A stretch of DNA of 53,957 nucleotides from a virus. Its lineage: Duplodnaviria; Caudoviricetes. The DNA lies in IMG/VR virus record IMGVR_UViG_3300028388_005701, positions 1 through 53,957 of that record. One strand, 5' to 3'. The notes beneath the pieces were generated by a model. The model made no database searches, was not told the DNA's origin, and worked only from the letters and a program-made list of their open reading frames with translations. Below are positions 38,183 to 48,947 of the stretch, one piece after another. Position numbers and translations under genes: made by a program. Position 1 is the first letter of the stretch, and each line of letters starts with the position of its first letter.

Positions 38183-40688
38183 GATATATTTTATGTTTTA
38201 TTTCAGTATCTTTACCCATTAGCCTATAGCAAATACAACCAGGATTATCATTGGCGTATGCTATTTCTTTTTCATTGCTACTGTGTTTCATGTCTCGCTT
38301 TATACCAGCTTTAGTTGTACGCCAAACCATATCTTTGATGGCATCAACAAACTGTTTTTTGGTAAAACCAGTACCGAAGTACCTTCTATTACGGTATTCA
38401 TAAAGTAACACCTTCTTTCTATTATCAATGCCGACAGATATTTTGAGCTTGAATTTTTTCTTGAGCATAGACTTTACGCGAATTTTTACCATTTCCATGG
38501 CTTTCTTATCATCGGAGTTGATGGGTCTCTTCATTTTAACCTTGGTTTTCCACCAATCAACAGCCTCATAGGTAGCATCAACGCAGTATGATGATTGCTC
38601 CTTATCCAAATTAAGCTGCGAAGATAGACTATTAGCCAAAAAGTTGATAAATTGGTCTTCCACCACCAGTTCCTCCTTTTTATCAGCCAATATGCCCTTT
38701 AACAGCCACATATTAGTAGCGTAATATTTCCTAGAGTACCGATCATTGATATAGTATTCCAGTTCATCGATATCAATACCTTCATAATTAATAATGTTGT
38801 GATCATAGCGATCAATTAGGTAGGTTAACGGTACCTTTCTTTTATGACCATCGTAGTCAGTGTATACGGTATCTTTGGGGTTGTACCTAATACCATAAGC
38901 TATATCGGTATTTTTATCTTTGAAGTGTGCGGCATTGGGTGATTTGGATTCAATAACATGATAAATACCAGATTGAGGAGGTGGTGGGATGGCGAAATCG
39001 TTAGCATAATAGGCCAGTAACCTATCCCTATAATCCTTTTTATAAGATTCAACGCCGGATGTATCAAAGTATATGCGATCGCCAACATCGATAATCTGGT
39101 TAAGCTGTTTTAGCCATTCCAGATAATCAGGTCTACCATCACTTACGCGATTTTCTTCATCAGCCACCAATAACAGGTGGTCTTTGTAAGATTCAGGATC
39201 GAATAACGACACATTTGATGGCATATCATACACCTCTGTACGGTTAATGATACTTTGTATAACCATGAAATTTTTACTGTAGCCGTGTATAGTATCCTCG
39301 ACTTCTTCCTTATCTCTATCCCATCTGGCGTTTTCGTACTTTTCGTATAATTTAGTCAGATCATCAGATAACGGGAATAACCTAGGACCAAAATCCATAT
39401 TGTCATCACAGATTCTGTATAGATTCTCACCATTCCTGATTAATAGGTAAGGCACCTTATTATTCACATTAATGATACTATCTACCCAAGGATCTCTGGT
39501 ATAAACCTTGTTATATCGCCTTGGTTTAAGCAATACTATGCACTTGGGTTCGGGTACCAATTTTAAGTAATTATCATCCTCCACAACCCATTTATCAAAA
39601 TCTGACATGTTGTAAAAGTCAAAACCACCATCGGACGGATCGCCTATCTCTTCGTCCATATACAAAGTCATCTGCCTGATGTGCAATTTGTCATCTTGAG
39701 AGGCATTCTCCCCTTCCCCAATTTGTACCAATTCTGTGCTAATACCAGCATAGATCTCCAGGACAGCAATAACTTTCATTATAGACTTTATCTTCTTCTG
39801 GAATACAGATAAAGTTTTGTTAAGATCGGATATCATTAATGAATGAATAGCCTTTATATCAGCTATCTTTCTGTTAACAGCGGCTTTTATCAAATTGGCC
39901 TTGTTCCTGCTTCTAAACGCCTCTGATACCATGGATTGCAAGTATTCCTTGCTGGCTGTGCTCATAACTGCGGTGGTGTCTACAGCAGGTTCTTCACCAG
40001 CAGCTGGTATAATACCCTTAATATCACCACCATCCATTTCTGAATGAACTAACCTCATGAGTGTTTGGCCGTCAGGGTATTGGTCATTACAGATAGCAAA
40101 ATTTTCAAGAAAAAACGCCGCAGAAATTTCATCAGTAGTGCTGTACGAATAATAGCCCTCATTTGCTAATTTGACATAAACCACAAGATCATAAATCTTG
40201 TGGCCCATAGGATTCTCCTTGGTATCATTGGTCTTTTTGCTATCTATGATTTTTTTAACGAACACATCAACAACCTCGTTGATGGAGCCATTATTTATCA
40301 TAACCACATTGCTATTACCTGGCCCTTTGGAGTCTTTGGTTTTAAGAAGATTATGGCACTGGTTTACCAAAAAATCAGTGATTAAACTATCTGGTCGTTC
40401 ATGATCACCCAGATCATTGGTATAGTTATTATCCTTGGCCACTGCATATTTGTAGCCAATAACGCGCCGCCAGTCGTCATCATCATGTTCTGCGGTTACA
40501 GAGTCATTGGATATGACTATCCATTGCCAGGACATATCCTGCGCTAGTATCTTCTGACCTTTTGTTAACCTGTATTCTTTAGGCATAACATCCACGGTTA
40601 TTTCACCTTGTGTTATACCTTTAGATTCAAAATCGGCAGAAATGGTATCTCTGACTTCCAAATAATATTTGTTATCTATCATTGACAT
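38175..40688 (-). CDS. large hypothetical protein with a central coiled coil
   Basis: 837 aa ORF; IRQ..LYMDEE, P.PKCIV..PRR, LLIRNGENLYRI blocks; function not recognised. Confidence 0.8.
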   Translation of the reverse strand: MSMIDNKYYLEVRDTISADFESKGITQGEITVDVMPKEYRLTKGQKILAQDMSWQWIVISNDSVTAEHDDDDWRRVIGYKYAVAKDNNYTNDLGDHERPDSLITDFLVNQCHNLLKTKDSKGPGNSNVVMINNGSINEVVDVFVKKIIDSKKTNDTKENPMGHKIYDLVVYVKLANEGYYSYSTTDEISAAFFLENFAICNDQYPDGQTLMRLVHSEMDGGDIKGIIPAAGEEPAVDTTAVMSTASKEYLQSMVSEAFRSRNKANLIKAAVNRKIADIKAIHSLMISDLNKTLSVFQKKIKSIMKVIAVLEIYAGISTELVQIGEGENASQDDKLHIRQMTLYMDEEIGDPSDGGFDFYNMSDFDKWVVEDDNYLKLVPEPKCIVLLKPRRYNKVYTRDPWVDSIINVNNKVPYLLIRNGENLYRICDDNMDFGPRLFPLSDDLTKLYEKYENARWDRDKEEVEDTIHGYSKNFMVIQSIINRTEVYDMPSNVSLFDPESYKDHLLLVADEENRVSDGRPDYLEWLKQLNQIIDVGDRIYFDTSGVESYKKDYRDRLLAYYANDFAIPPPPQSGIYHVIESKSPNAAHFKDKNTDIAYGIRYNPKDTVYTDYDGHKRKVPLTYLIDRYDHNIINYEGIDIDELEYYINDRYSRKYYATNMWLLKGILADKKEELVVEDQFINFLANSLSSQLNLDKEQSSYCVDATYEAVDWWKTKVKMKRPINSDDKKAMEMVKIRVKSMLKKKFKLKISVGIDNRKKVLLYEYRNRRYFGTGFTKKQFVDAIKDMVWRTTKAGIKRDMKHSSNEKEIAYANDNPGCICYRLMGKDTEIKHKIYHD

Positions 40689-40689
40689 A

Positions 40690-41193
40690 TTAAAGTAGTT
40701 TGTCTATGGCATCTGCCCAGGAACACATGTCGTCATACCATACTCCAGGCTTAGTAGTAGTATAGATGAATGGTTCACGATCAAAAAGTGCTGCGAAGCT
40801 AATATCCTGTCGTGTATTGGGGAAAGGCCACTTGTAATCATATATCTCACCAATCCTCAAGCTATCATAGAAAGATTCGACGATTTCCCAGTCATATCCC
40901 CCAATAAAGAGGCCGTGCATACGCCTGTCATACATAGACTTTAACTCGCCAGCGCTATCAATTTTACAAACATTTATCAGTACACTAGTAGCAGCACACC
41001 CAACACAAACCTCATGGCCCTTAGTATCGATATCAGATGTTAAGTAGGTTTCCATATCAATCCCAAACCATTTAAGATCACCAGCTGCTTTGGTGGCATC
41101 AACCATCAATCTTATGTGGTTTGATACCTTTGATAAATCATATGATTTTTTAAGTCTGGGTACATAGGCCATGCCAGTTAAATTGATATCCAT
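40690..41193 (-). CDS. hypothetical protein
   Basis: 167 aa ORF with CVGCAAT motif. Confidence 0.65.
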   Translation of the reverse strand: MDINLTGMAYVPRLKKSYDLSKVSNHIRLMVDATKAAGDLKWFGIDMETYLTSDIDTKGHEVCVGCAATSVLINVCKIDSAGELKSMYDRRMHGLFIGGYDWEIVESFYDSLRIGEIYDYKWPFPNTRQDISFAALFDREPFIYTTTKPGVWYDDMCSWADAIDKLL

Positions 41194-41198
41194 AATTT

Positions 41199-41510
41199 TT
41201 ATTTTATATGAGTTACTAATCCAGATTCCCTGTTTAAAGTATTGTAATCAAATATCCATTTATCACCAAAGTAGACGTTGGTGCCATAGAAGGTAATAGT
41301 TTTTGGGTTTTCTATTATGGATTCATGGAGCACCGCCTTGGTTTTTTTATCCATGAAAGACGCTAGTCCATTAGAATACACCCATATTTCCAAATTCCCA
41401 TAAACCAGGATAAGGACTCCAGGCCTACTGATCCTGAAATCCTTATCCCTTTGTTGGAACAATGCCCAATCTACCCATAGTCTATGCCAGTAATCTATAT
41501 CCTTTGTCAT
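41199..41510 (-). CDS. hypothetical protein
   Basis: Likely start MTKDID; AAAAC-N18-TAAAT at 41522-41549. Confidence 0.6.
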   Translation of the reverse strand: MTKDIDYWHRLWVDWALFQQRDKDFRISRPGVLILVYGNLEIWVYSNGLASFMDKKTKAVLHESIIENPKTITFYGTNVYFGDKWIFDYNTLNRESGLVTHIK

Positions 41511-41555
41511 TGTTTTTTTTAATTTAAACAATTAGGATTTACTGGTTTTGATATT

Positions 41556-41825
41556 TTAACGAGGGTCATAGCTGGTAAAGAATGAAGGTTCTGCCCAGAA
41601 TACCAATGATTCCTTGTTGACTTCTAATACACCCTTTGTTCTTCTGAGAATTCTAGTAACGGTAGGTAGTGCTTTATTGGTCAACCTACCTTCAATGTCA
41701 TGTTTAACACAGTGTGGATAAACCATATTGGCCACATCAACTGCCCTGAAATCCTCTTCAACTGGTATGCTATCCCTAAATTTGGCCAGCCAAACTGGTA
41801 TAACCTCTAATTCACGATTTTTCAT
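41556..41825 (-). CDS. hypothetical protein
   Basis: Coupled ORF. Confidence 0.6.
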   Translation of the reverse strand: MKNRELEVIPVWLAKFRDSIPVEEDFRAVDVANMVYPHCVKHDIEGRLTNKALPTVTRILRRTKGVLEVNKESLVFWAEPSFFTSYDPR

Positions 41826-42430
41826 AGGTATTTAATATGTTTTATTGGATTAAATAATTCTATTTCATAGTCATAACTATCTCTAACCTGCGATTCACAG
41901 TCTAGCATGGCCAGGTCGCTAGCCTGCATATCCGCATACTTGTAGTCATCTGCCTCTACTATATGATACTGACCAGCTTCATTATCGATCTTGACCAGCC
42001 ACTTTTTGGGGATGATATACTTTTTATCATCAAAGTCGGGTGTTAAGATATCGGGTGGCAAATCAGAAACCCATAGAATATCCTTGATAATATTTGTCGG
42101 TATCCTATAGCCAGTCCTATCAATGATGACATAACCGTTAAGTTCAAAAATCCGTTGCGTTACAGTGATAATAGCACTACAAGCCATATCAACGGCATCA
42201 CCGAAATTGTCTGCGACCCCACGACTTATGTTTTCAGCAGTCCTATCAGCTATACGACTAATACTTGGCTGACAACCGATGGGGTCAGCTTTGTATTCAG
42301 CAGCCATAAGATATATAGTATCGGAATAAGCATCGAGGTGTTGCTGGCTAGTGATTACATACGCGTAGGGGGATACTACTGATGATCTATCGTGATAATT
42401 AATCTTTGCTATAGATAAGAAACTGCCCAT
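41822..42430 (-). CDS. hypothetical protein
   Basis: 202 aa ORF; GAAAC-N18-TAGAT at 42455-42482. Confidence 0.65.
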   Translation of the reverse strand: MGSFLSIAKINYHDRSSVVSPYAYVITSQQHLDAYSDTIYLMAAEYKADPIGCQPSISRIADRTAENISRGVADNFGDAVDMACSAIITVTQRIFELNGYVIIDRTGYRIPTNIIKDILWVSDLPPDILTPDFDDKKYIIPKKWLVKIDNEAGQYHIVEADDYKYADMQASDLAMLDCESQVRDSYDYEIELFNPIKHIKYL

Positions 42431-42488
42431 ATAATAATTGTTTATATTTTATGAATCTAAATACTAAAAAAATAAAAGTTTCGTAGTT

Positions 42489-42839
42489 ATGAATATGAGA
42501 TCAGAATTAGTAGAAAAAATATCAGAACTTGAATTGGTAGGAGCATTGATAACCAATGATTTAGATGAGAAATTCTACGATGCCAAATCAAAAGGATACG
42601 ATAGTTTGAAGAAAGAGGTAATTGGTATGCTATCGGATGGTAGCGATACTGATTTAAAACGCCAGCTAATTTCATGCACAATAAAATTGGACGACATGAA
42701 AGCAGCTATGAAAGCAGCTGATCAAAAATCCATAGAGGATAAGGGAGAGGCAGAAGGACAACTGGTTGGTATTACTGATATAGGCAATGTGATCAATGAG
42801 TACAACAACAAGATAGCAGCAGCCAATATTAAAAAATAA
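42489..42839 (+). CDS. hypothetical helical protein
   Basis: 116 aa ORF convergent with the tail tube gene. Confidence 0.6.
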   Translation: MNMRSELVEKISELELVGALITNDLDEKFYDAKSKGYDSLKKEVIGMLSDGSDTDLKRQLISCTIKLDDMKAAMKAADQKSIEDKGEAEGQLVGITDIGNVINEYNNKIAAANIKK

Positions 42840-42884
42840 GGCTGCTGCTCAATGGGGCGTTTACCAGTCTAAAATCACGGCTTC

Positions 42885-43451
42885 TTATACTATCTTGGAA
42901 TCGACGATTAGATCTTTGACGTCCTCTGCTGCCCAGGATATGTCCATCTGGTAAATAGCCTCGTTGTTGTATTCTAAATCCATGGATTGTGGCGCTGTTG
43001 TCGGAAAGATCTTACCACATTCAATCTTCCTAATAACGTCACCATCTTTTTTGTGAAGTTCAAGGACTAATTGACCGACGTAGTTGTTTTTCAACCCCAT
43101 AGCGCCAGTATTGTTATCCCAGATTAGCGCTATCCAGTCTTTAATGACGTTTAATGGGTACATAACAGCATTCCCATCGACATTAACTTCAAATGTGGTA
43201 TCAAAGTCAATATTGGTATCAACTACTGTACCAGCAAATCTGCGCTTGGTATTACGGTATCCTTGCTCAACAGTATCTGGCATTTTATCCACGTCCAGAC
43301 CAGTTATTTTAGTGATCTGTTCGCTTAACAATTCAGTGCCGTGTACTGCTCTTAGTGGTTCGGGTAGGATGAAAGTGGCCCTCCATAGTGTTAAATACAC
43401 AGGCTCATCGTTATTCATATTCACCCTACTTGATCTAAAATGATATGCCAT
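42885..43451 (-). CDS. tail tube protein (T4 gp19-like)
   Basis: Directly downstream of the sheath; EPVY..L, W..LIWD..TG.MGLK.NYVG, IFPT pattern; 188 aa. Confidence 0.8.
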   Translation of the reverse strand: MAYHFRSSRVNMNNDEPVYLTLWRATFILPEPLRAVHGTELLSEQITKITGLDVDKMPDTVEQGYRNTKRRFAGTVVDTNIDFDTTFEVNVDGNAVMYPLNVIKDWIALIWDNNTGAMGLKNNYVGQLVLELHKKDGDVIRKIECGKIFPTTAPQSMDLEYNNEAIYQMDISWAAEDVKDLIVDSKIV

Positions 43452-43465
43452 TTTTTACTTATTTT

Positions 43466-46400
43466 TTATAACGCGGTAAACCCACCAATAAGGGGATCAC
43501 CAGATGCCGTCAATGTTATACGATTAATGAATCTTCTAGCTACTGCTGTTGGTTCAATAATAACATCAACAATAGCAGTGTTTTCTCTAATGATAGAATC
43601 GGTGTTGTTGGATCTATCAAAAACCACCTGATAGTTATCTCTAATAACCGAATAAGCGGTTTGGATCTTAGATAGGTAGTTATTTAATAAGCTACTAACT
43701 TCAATCCTGAGAGGATCATCGTTAAATTCGAACACGTAGTTTTCTAGTATGTTTTCGATATCAATAGTCAACGATATCAATAAATCCCTTACGTGCAGGT
43801 TGTTAAGCGCTGATCTAACAGTCTGGTAAGATGTTTGATTACCATAAACGGTAATGTTACCATTTTGCCGCTGGATTATGGGGTTAATACCCTTGGTTTC
43901 CAACAACCCTCTATCTTCTTTATTAAGTTTATATTCAACCCCTATCAGGTTACCAGAAGTACCATTATATGACAGAACACCACGTCTGTTAGCGACTGGC
44001 TTGAATGGTTGACCAGCTCTGTATTTTCTCATGAAAGCATTACTAACTAACGCAGCTGGTGGAAACACCACGTCGTTATCTCCATCCCTGATAATAACAT
44101 TAGGGGCGAAGAACCCAACAAACGATGCACCGTCGGTTTCCAGCGGCATGGTATACAAAAACGAAGGATTCTCTGATCTATTACCACCGTCTTTGATGTA
44201 TTGCACATCTAGTATCGGCAAAGGATCAGCGGCTGTAGGTGTGGTAGTAAATCTGGGATTTGTAGAATCTGCGAACTCCTTGAACGAAGGCGCGTTGAGC
44301 AGAGCTAGGCATCGCTGTCTATCCCTGGCCAGCTTAGCAAGATAAGATTTACTACCAGTCTCCAAACCGTTATTAAATGTATCGACTATATAACGGAAGT
44401 TGATCATATCGGGATCTACTAATGCATCCCTCATATTAGTTCCAGTCATCACTGAATAGATATCCTTTACACGATCATTGGTGCCATTGGGCATGTGGTG
44501 GGCTTTATAGGCAAACCCAGCCTGGTATATCATGTTGTATTCAGTGATAAAATTCTCGAAATCCTTATACCTAGTGATGACATCACTGCCACTAATATTT
44601 TTGGCGATCTTTATTTTCTCTGTACAGGTGATTTCTATGGTGTCATTAATGTCGTCATTATCAGTATCGATATTGACCATGGTATCGATCCTGGTCAAAA
44701 TCTCATTACCATCATCGTCTAGCCCCACTAAGAAATCATCAAATGATACCTTACCAGCATCAGCAATGGCTATCCTCACCACGTTATCGGTAACTTTTTC
44801 AGTAACGGCTATATCAGTATTAAGATCCCCGATAACCGACACTATGTTAATAGAATCAGCAGCGGTGATAGCATAGCTATTAGAATCAAATGTAGTGGTT
44901 ACGGCTGGTGCAGTACCAGCTCCTGCGGCTGTTGACAAATCAGCATCTGTGTATAACTCTAACTTCAATATATCTCTATAGTCATCAGCAGCATCCACAC
45001 CACCAGCAGCGATAGATTCTACAAATTTGATATAGTAGGTATCGGTGCTGTCAGTAATTGTGTCACCATTAGCAAGCAATCCTGCCTGATAATCGGTGTA
45101 TATAGGATGGAACTTATCGACAACATAATAGGTATCAGTGCCGTCTGCTGTAAATCTATCCGGTGATGGAGTGTAGGTAACCTCATCAGTGCCAACACCA
45201 GTCAGAGCAACATCAACGAAAGAACCAGAGGTACTGGTTTCGCTAGCCTTAAAATCGTTAGTTGCGACTATGGTGATCAGTGAACTGGTTTTGGTAACCG
45301 AAGTTACCTCTAAAACAGGACTAGCTACTGGTACACCAGCGGTATTACCAGCACTTGTCCTAGTGCCAGCTATCAAATCACCAACAGCTGCATTGGCCTC
45401 AAGCCATGCGAAATCGGTATGGGCGTCGGTGAAGGTAATCGTTACCTTCCCAGTTGCATAATTTATGGTACGACCAGCATCGTCATCAAGTGTCTGGTCG
45501 GTATTGGTAGCTGATTGGGTATAAACCTTATCCTCTTTGATGCGCTTCTTGTAAGAAAGGAAATCAACTTCAGACAGAGCTGTGTCAATTAAAGAGTGAC
45601 CCACCAAATCGAGGTTTTTGGTGTTAGTACCAAACTCTATAGCATTAATTTGCGATTTATCAACAGCACAAAGAATACCAAACCTAGTATACTGGTTATT
45701 AATAACATCCTCAATATAGTAAGGCACTCCCTGCTGGTCTTTGAAATTTGGTATCAAACACCCAGTGTATACTTGACGTAGATTGACTTCTGCCCTAGAC
45801 AGGAAATCTGTGAGTTTATCCTTTATTAATCCTTTAGAATTAAAAAATTCTCCATAAACCGGATCAGTATCAAGCTGTGAATATTTGTCGGGACCGAAGT
45901 TACCATCGATGGCAAAAACGTCAACAAAATAATCACTAATAAAATCATGGGGTTTCAGGTAAGGTGGCACACTATCATTTGCATACCATGGTTATATCAG
46001 ATTTCTTAACCAAAAATGTTATTGGTGTGTTGGATAGGTTAACCAGATTCAAAATATAATCGTTCTGCGCCTGCAGTCTAGTGGCCAGTAGATAATCTCT
46101 ATCGGCTGTCCAGAATCTCTCTTTATTGAAGTAGGAGCTGTACAGCTTAGATCCGGCGACGGGGTTAACCTCGCCAGTGGATGTACTGAAAGCATTATAA
46201 GATGCATAATCAGCGTCATATTGACCACCACTTTCTTGGTCCTGGGTCTTTAGTAAATTAAGGGCGAGAACTGGACCCTCTTCCAATGCTACCTGTAAGC
46301 TGCGGTGAAAGAAAGAACCTTTATTTTCAAGGGTTCTATCGATATCACCAAACAGCCTGATAGCCGTTGCGATATCGTTTCTCTCTATCAATACTGGTAT

Positions 46401-46553
46401 ATTGAATGGGCCTTTTTTACTGAAACCCACCACCAACCTCAAAATAGGCGATGTGTCCACCGCAGGTGATTGGGATTCATCCTGGTATACAGTATAAACA
46501 CCAGAGGCTGCATATTGATTAGAGTATAAGTCTCTCAATGTTATATTAGCCAT
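43466..46553 (-). CDS. contractile tail sheath protein (T4 gp18-like), frameshifted near 45975-45995
   Basis: N part SGVY.., LVVGFSKKGPFN.PV; C part PPAALVS, RG, GINPI, GNQT, SALNNLHVRDLL, FEFND; two ORFs one frame apart. Confidence 0.85.
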
Positions 46554-46638
46554 TTTCTAATTTCTTTTAGTTAAATTGTTGTCTTATTTATCTTAACAGC
46601 TTAAATTAAATTTAGCGAATACATAAGGTAAAATACTG

Positions 46639-46902
46639 ATGAATATACTAAATGGCCAGGACAACCAGTTAGACATTATTGATAAATGGTTAGAAAGCGA
46701 ATACGGAACAGAAAAGATGGGTAGGACTTGGGATGGTAGAAATTTAATTATATCCATGAAAGATGGTAATATACTGAAGTTTACCAGATCTGAACTGATA
46801 TCAAAAGCAGTTTTACCGTTGCCTAAAAGAAAAAATGAAATATTGGATTTCTTTCCAGAATTAACCGAGTCAATAGATTCTATTCAATCGGATAGCAGGT
46901 AA
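46639..46902 (+). CDS. hypothetical protein
   Basis: 87 aa ORF between the sheath and terminase genes. Confidence 0.55.
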   Translation: MNILNGQDNQLDIIDKWLESEYGTEKMGRTWDGRNLIISMKDGNILKFTRSELISKAVLPLPKRKNEILDFFPELTESIDSIQSDSR

Positions 46903-48896
46903 CCATAATCGTCGGCTATATCGGCTATGTCCTCATCATCAGTGCTGATACCCATTTTTTCATTTACCACAGTAATAAATTCATCAGGTAAATGGGGTAA
47001 TAATTCCTCAATTTGATCAACATATTCATCACTATACATATACAGCGCCATATTACGAAACGTATCGAAACAGTCATCCTGGCCTATTTGTGATTTGTAC
47101 TTACCATTTTCGTTTTTGGCCATACTCAACGACTCATCAACAGATACCTTCTCTGTTGGCACTAGCCTACCAGCATCTATGTAATTTTTCGCTAGCTTAA
47201 CACCCTGATCAACGTTAGGGCTAGTCATCTTGAGTCCTGGCCTCTTAGTAACACTATCTATACGATGATAGAATTTTACTATAGTTTCTTCAGAATCAAA
47301 CTTGCTCCTGCTGTCCTCCATGTTCTCCAAAAGACTGATGAAGTAATTACCCTCTTTATTCATTTCCAATACCATATTCAGGTTAACAGCATGGGATAAC
47401 TCTAACTCCTCATCATCATCAGTGTCACTATAATGCTCAATAACTCTTTTAAGACTACTTGGTGTTTTGGTGATTTCAGGTTCTTCTACAGCAAAACTAT
47501 CAACTATCAAATAGTACAGAAGTGCAGCAACATTCGGTATGTCTATAACATTGGACCTGAACATACCGACCTGCACAGCCTTAAAGAAATCAGCAAACTT
47601 GGTAAATATTTTCTGTGAGTCTATTTCCCTCCTGCTCATGGGTAAAATCTGGAAGATATTGGCCACGAAAAAGTCACCACCACCACCCTCTGATGTATCT
47701 ATGCTGATGACAAACTGATACCTATTATCCGATAGTTTAGAAAGATCAAAATTTTCATACCAAGTTATATAATAATCTGGCCTAGCATTGTCCATGATAT
47801 CATCAAGGGAATCACCCATTCTTTCTATCCACCTATCAAGCATATCAGACATATCTTTGTGGACAAATGATTGGTTTAGAGCTTTCATTCTTCTAGATGT
47901 GTTTGATTTAAATAATAATTCACTACCAGCAAGAAACTGATTGCCGTATTCTTGATTGAAATCTTCTACAGAACCCAAATCAGCTATGGTATTTTTTCTC
48001 CACTGCTCATCCCTACCAGGAACATCATACCAGTCTATTCTTATGGGATTATAGAAATTGATACCATTGAGGGCATTTATATAGATCTCATAAAATTTGT
48101 TTAGCCCTCTTGGTGTGGATGTTATGACAACCTTTGATATTTCCGAAGATGATATGGTTGGATAAACAGTCCTATAGAACTTATTGAGATACCTATAATC
48201 TATCAGTGCAAATTCATCCATATACAGTAAATGTACGGTAAAAGATGCACCGGAGTTAGATGTTGTGGTCTGAGCATGAATTCTACAGCCATTATCAAAC
48301 TTCATGCTCATGACATTCTTAACTTCAAACCCAGGTTTCATATAGAATGGTAGGTTTTCTATGATGACGCCTATTTTATCCATAAGCTCCTTGACCTTAT
48401 CACCATTCTGGGATATAACCATAACATTTCTGTCTTTATGGAACAGAACGTACCAGACTATATAAATGGCACTAATGATGGTATTATGACTAAGAATGTT
48501 GTTGGTGTAATATCGATGATCTGGGTGATCGACCGTAGCATCAAACATCGATTGCCTATACCCAACATTCTCCATAACAGCAACCCTACTAAGACCAGTA
48601 GTAGTAATTATCCTATCACCCACAGACAAGTCGGCAATCCTGATTTCATTTGCATTACTATCGAAAACTAGGTGATCATCAGCAGCATACAAATAATCAC
48701 CATTATCCAAAACCAAATAATAGGTTTCAAACAGCTTTGTTCTGTGTATGTGGGTCACCGGTTGATAACCGCTATCGGTAAGTACACTAACGCCGTTTAT
48801 GGTATGGGATGATACGATCTTGGTGGTTTCATCGCCATATTTCAACTTCTGTAACCAATACAGAACCTTCTCTATTATACTGATAATTATGCCCAT
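46884..48896 (-). CDS. terminase large subunit C-terminal part, preceded by split intein C-fragment
   Basis: Intein blocks B (AADDH), F and G (SMFDATV...ILSHN/T), then LLYMDEFA Walker B, ITSTPRG, FNQEY, ISIDTSEGGGGD nuclease, QDD. Confidence 0.9.
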   Translation of the reverse strand: MGIIISIIEKVLYWLQKLKYGDETTKIVSSHTINGVSVLTDSGYQPVTHIHRTKLFETYYLVLDNGDYLYAADDHLVFDSNANEIRIADLSVGDRIITTTGLSRVAVMENVGYRQSMFDATVDHPDHRYYTNNILSHNTIISAIYIVWYVLFHKDRNVMVISQNGDKVKELMDKIGVIIENLPFYMKPGFEVKNVMSMKFDNGCRIHAQTTTSNSGASFTVHLLYMDEFALIDYRYLNKFYRTVYPTISSSEISKVVITSTPRGLNKFYEIYINALNGINFYNPIRIDWYDVPGRDEQWRKNTIADLGSVEDFNQEYGNQFLAGSELLFKSNTSRRMKALNQSFVHKDMSDMLDRWIERMGDSLDDIMDNARPDYYITWYENFDLSKLSDNRYQFVISIDTSEGGGGDFFVANIFQILPMSRREIDSQKIFTKFADFFKAVQVGMFRSNVIDIPNVAALLYYLIVDSFAVEEPEITKTPSSLKRVIEHYSDTDDDEELELSHAVNLNMVLEMNKEGNYFISLLENMEDSRSKFDSEETIVKFYHRIDSVTKRPGLKMTSPNVDQGVKLAKNYIDAGRLVPTEKVSVDESLSMAKNENGKYKSQIGQDDCFDTFRNMALYMYSDEYVDQIEELLPHLPDEFITVVNEKMGISTDDEDIADIADDYGYLLSD
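48483..48896 (-). mobile_element. split intein C-fragment (about 138 aa, no endonuclease)
   Basis: Ends His-Asn with Thr at +1; no N-terminal Cys block A. Confidence 0.88.
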
Positions 48897-48947
48897 AAAA
48901 AACATTTTTGGGGCATACTGTAAGGTATGCCCCAAAACTAGTCAAAA

